From: Alphaproteobacteria bacterium
Lineage (GTDB): Bacteria; Pseudomonadota; Alphaproteobacteria; JBILKX01
DNA: 52,520 nt
Direction of reading: 5' to 3'
Assembly (NCBI GenBank): GCA_044376435.1
Contig: JBILKX010000003.1
Span: 1-52,520, forward strand
Shown piece by piece: positions 49,787 through 52,520 of this stretch (its first letter is position 1; every line of letters begins with the position of its first letter). The notes beneath the pieces are model-generated. The model was not told the origin of the DNA. It saw only the letters and a list, made by a program, of their open reading frames with translations, and did not search any database. The translations under genes were made by a program, and so were the position numbers.

Positions 49787-49878
49787 TAGTCGGCCCTGAA
49801 GAATCCACTTTTCCACTTGGATTGGGTATCAGACATATTGGATTCTTGAGAGCCGACTAGATACAAACAGCTTTTTCA
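49787..49878 (+). repeat. Chimeric B/A palindromic element
   Basis: B-left TAGTCGGCCCTGAAGAATCCAC, then A-right TTTTCCACTTGGATTGGGTAT, then B-right CATATTGGATTCTTGAGAGCCGACTA, then A-internal-like GATACAAACAGCTTTTTCA. Confidence 0.85.
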
Positions 49879-49923
49879 CAGTGACCTTTAAACTATAGCT
49901 ATTAAAATCACCAGACGTACCTC

Positions 49924-51096
49924 TTACGCCCCAAGCACGCGCCGGTGCAAGCGCTCTGGTGACATGGCGCCGCCTGTGTGGTGGCCTTTGCGTTTACGGT
50001 GCCTGTTATAACGCGGTGTGGTTTTCTCGGAGTATTTCTTCATGTGCTTCAAGCTTTTGCTCTTGCGGGGCAGAACAGGCGACGCCTCACCAGGATTACA
50101 AGACTCATGGTTCACAGTCTGCACCTTAGCAAGCATGCCTTGATTTTCGAGAGACGTAAAGATGCCGTTCACGCGCTGCTCTATATTTTTCTGTTGGTGG
50201 TTGGCTGCGCGCCGCGGCCCAGAACTCTCGCCAACAAAGTGACTTGCCAGCCGAAGCTGGGGCTTATTTCGCTCAATCAGCTCAAAGCCACGGTTAAGTA
50301 AATCGGTCGTACGCTGATCGCGCCAACGATTTGTCCCCCCCCCCATTACGACTGTAATAACATGCTTGCCCTCGCGGACAGCTGAAGCTGCTAGGTTAAA
50401 CCCTGCAGGGTTTGTAAACCCGGTTTTGATACCGTTCACACCGTCTACGCGCCCCAGAAGTTTATTGTGATTAGTATAGGATGCCCCGCGGAACCTAAAT
50501 TGTTTGAGAGAGAAATAACGATAATAACTTGGATAATGGTAATAAAGGGCTCGCGCTAGAATAGCCATATCGCGTGGCGTTGTAATGTTGCCGGCATGAT
50601 GCCATCCTGAGGCATTGGCAAAACACGTATTCTTCATGCCTAGGCGACGGGCTTCTTGTGTCATCATTTGCGCAAATCGATCTTCCGTGCCCCCCATATG
50701 CTCAGCGAGAGCAACTGCCCCATCATTTGAGGATTTAACGATCATCCCGCAGACGGCATCACGCACAGCAATCTCATCGCCAACACAAAGGCCGAGTTTA
50801 CAGGGCTTTTGCCGCGCCGCCCGATGCGATACACACAGACGATCCGATAAACGCAGCTTGCCCTGCTCCAAGGCTCTAAACGTGAGATAGAGGGTCATCA
50901 TTTTTGTTAATGATGCTGGGTAGCACGGTTGAGTCGCGCGATGATCGTATAATACCTGACCGGTTTTCCCATCAATCACAATAGCAGCATACTTCTCTGA
51001 TGCGCCGCCTTGCGCACGCCCAGAACGTCGACGCGCTGCGGAGGCATCTGAAGAGATAAAAATAATAGCAAATACTAAAACAAGTAGACGATACAT
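49924..51096 (-). CDS. D-alanyl-D-alanine carboxypeptidase (peptidase S11)
   Basis: YPASLTKMM (SxxK), SSND (SxN) and GIKTGFT (KTG) motifs; signal peptide; basic C-terminal tail. Confidence 0.93.
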   Translation of the reverse strand: MYRLLVLVFAIIFISSDASAARRRSGRAQGGASEKYAAIVIDGKTGQVLYDHRATQPCYPASLTKMMTLYLTFRALEQGKLRLSDRLCVSHRAARQKPCKLGLCVGDEIAVRDAVCGMIVKSSNDGAVALAEHMGGTEDRFAQMMTQEARRLGMKNTCFANASGWHHAGNITTPRDMAILARALYYHYPSYYRYFSLKQFRFRGASYTNHNKLLGRVDGVNGIKTGFTNPAGFNLAASAVREGKHVITVVMGGGTNRWRDQRTTDLLNRGFELIERNKPQLRLASHFVGESSGPRRAANHQQKNIEQRVNGIFTSLENQGMLAKVQTVNHESCNPGEASPVLPRKSKSLKHMKKYSEKTTPRYNRHRKRKGHHTGGAMSPERLHRRVLGA

Positions 51097-51205
51097 AGTC
51101 CTTCCAATCTATTACATATTGTGACTGAGAAAAAGTAAAAAAATCGATTAAATTTAAGATTTTTTATGCGACCTTTTTGGCAAATTCGCCTAAAATACAC
51201 AAAGA

Positions 51206-51287
51206 ATATTCACACCGCCCTGAATCAACCCAAAAAAGCCAAGATAACCTTTGGCTTTTTTGGGTTGATTCAGGGCGGTGTGAATAT
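51206..51287. repeat. Perfect palindrome, 37-bp arms and 8-nt spacer
   Basis: ATATTCACACCGCCCTGAATCAACCCAAAAAAGCCAA-GATAACCT-reverse complement. Confidence 0.95.
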
Positions 51288-51342
51288 AACCAATACGGTT
51301 AACTGAACGATACGGAATGTACAGAAAGGGAAATCCATTATT

Positions 51343-52425
51343 ATGCTTTCTTTAATAAAACACGTTATTCGGATTTTATTTATGATGATAACATTAATCC
51401 CAACGGCACAAGCAATGCCCGAGATACCTGACGTCGAAGTCAACCAGCAGGTTCGCTTAAAACTGCCAAGGGCTAAAAACCCTGATAAGGTTTTAAAATT
51501 GAGGAAGTACAGCATACCGCTCATCTTAGCTTCAGCTGCAGCGGGGGGATTTCTTGTGTATCAACAAAATGCAAAACGAACCCCTTATGCTCCCAGTCAC
51601 TTACCTTTTGCAATGAATCAAACACCCCCACGACCTCTCTCAATTACTCTCGTACAATTAGAGGTCAAGAATAATAGGACCAGTGACGATTCTATAACGA
51701 TAAGAGAATATGAAGATAAAGATGTAGATATAGATGAGGCGTTAAAGCAAGCTGGTAAGAATTTTAGTCAATCTATTCAATCAATATATACGAGTTCCGT
51801 AATGAACAATTTCACTACAGCTGCGGACAACTTAGATAAAGCGCTTGCGACGAGCTTACGATCTTTACCTACAGCAACCGATAAAGCGATTATGGCACGG
51901 ATTGATTTTCATCGAAACTTAACGGATATCGCCCGTAAACAGATACATACGTTTGATCAAAAATGGTTTGATAGCGTCAAATTTCTTTGTGATACGTATG
52001 AAAAATCGCTTTCGACCCAAGTGCTTAAACTTGTCCAGGCGTTACAATCAGAGGCACCCCTTGCAACCATCCAGACGGTCGAAACTGATCTGACAAGCCC
52101 GATTGATAAAGCAACAATCGGTAATTTATTCCGTTATTTTGTGAGTTTAGTATCCCCTGAGCCAATTTACGGTCAGCATTGGCATCGTACTCTTCATGAG
52201 CAATGTAAAGAGATTGGGACCTATCCTGTTTATAAAGAAATGGTAAACGGGCGATTTTATATGATTTGGCAAGGTAATAATGCCGCTACTCATGCGGAAG
52301 CTATGGCCAAAAGAGCTAAGAATTTATTCAATAAAAACGTTCAAAACCAGCAGTGCTACGCACGATTTCTGGATACTCTCACTCAGCAAATACAACAGAC
52401 TTATCCCTTGATATACCTCTCCTGA
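51343..52425 (+). CDS. Orphan protein with signal peptide and one TM helix
   Basis: 360 aa; MLSLIKHVIRILFMMITLIPTAQA; YSIPLILASAAAGGFLVY; helical remainder. Confidence 0.75.
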   Translation: MLSLIKHVIRILFMMITLIPTAQAMPEIPDVEVNQQVRLKLPRAKNPDKVLKLRKYSIPLILASAAAGGFLVYQQNAKRTPYAPSHLPFAMNQTPPRPLSITLVQLEVKNNRTSDDSITIREYEDKDVDIDEALKQAGKNFSQSIQSIYTSSVMNNFTTAADNLDKALATSLRSLPTATDKAIMARIDFHRNLTDIARKQIHTFDQKWFDSVKFLCDTYEKSLSTQVLKLVQALQSEAPLATIQTVETDLTSPIDKATIGNLFRYFVSLVSPEPIYGQHWHRTLHEQCKEIGTYPVYKEMVNGRFYMIWQGNNAATHAEAMAKRAKNLFNKNVQNQQCYARFLDTLTQQIQQTYPLIYLS

Positions 52426-52520
52426 ATAAAACTGTTTAAAAGTCAGGATGAATGGGTTAGATTCGTATTTATGAATGGATTTTTGACAGATCAAGAACGA
52501 GCAACGTTAAAATATCAGCA
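52412..52520 (+). mobile_element. Probable left end of an IS630-family element (runs off the window)
   Basis: TATACC-type end at 52412. The ORF from 52471, MNGFLTDQERATLKYQ(H), resembles IS630 transposase N-termini (FLTDQER..LK.QH). Only 16 codons are visible. Confidence 0.55.

Overview
A chromosomal window from an alphaproteobacterium. It is probably host-associated (Holosporales/Caedimonadales-like; this is inferred from gene content, not proven). The housekeeping scaffold is bioY, putA, two tandem chemoreceptors, accBC, glyQS, fabI, an SCO gene, a sigma54-type fliK-flgD-flgE operon, oppBCDF without oppA, rpsT, ettA, tRNA-Ile2(CAT), a patatin and a D,D-carboxypeptidase. Four accessory layers are interleaved with it. 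(1) About ten orphan ORFs carry a Sec-type signal peptide, usually followed by membrane helices. They include an ATAD3-like AAA+ ATPase with a ~113-aa hydrophobic insertion inside the ATPase domain and a 1146-aa protein with unrecognised ~115-aa repeats. (2) A GTA/prophage-like cluster (35169-43922, minus strand) has portal, an in-frame protease-capsid fusion that keeps an internal RBS, a putative decoration protein and neck genes. It also has a non-RcGTA-type putative tail module, is split by an inverted orphan gene, and is preceded by two TTAA-N7-TTAA boxes. (3) Three families of short palindromic MITE-like elements are present; two of them nest into each other and one brackets the phage-like cluster. 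(4) There is a perfect 37-bp-arm palindrome and the probable start of an IS630-like element at the right edge. All family assignments come from motif recognition by eye; no searches were run.
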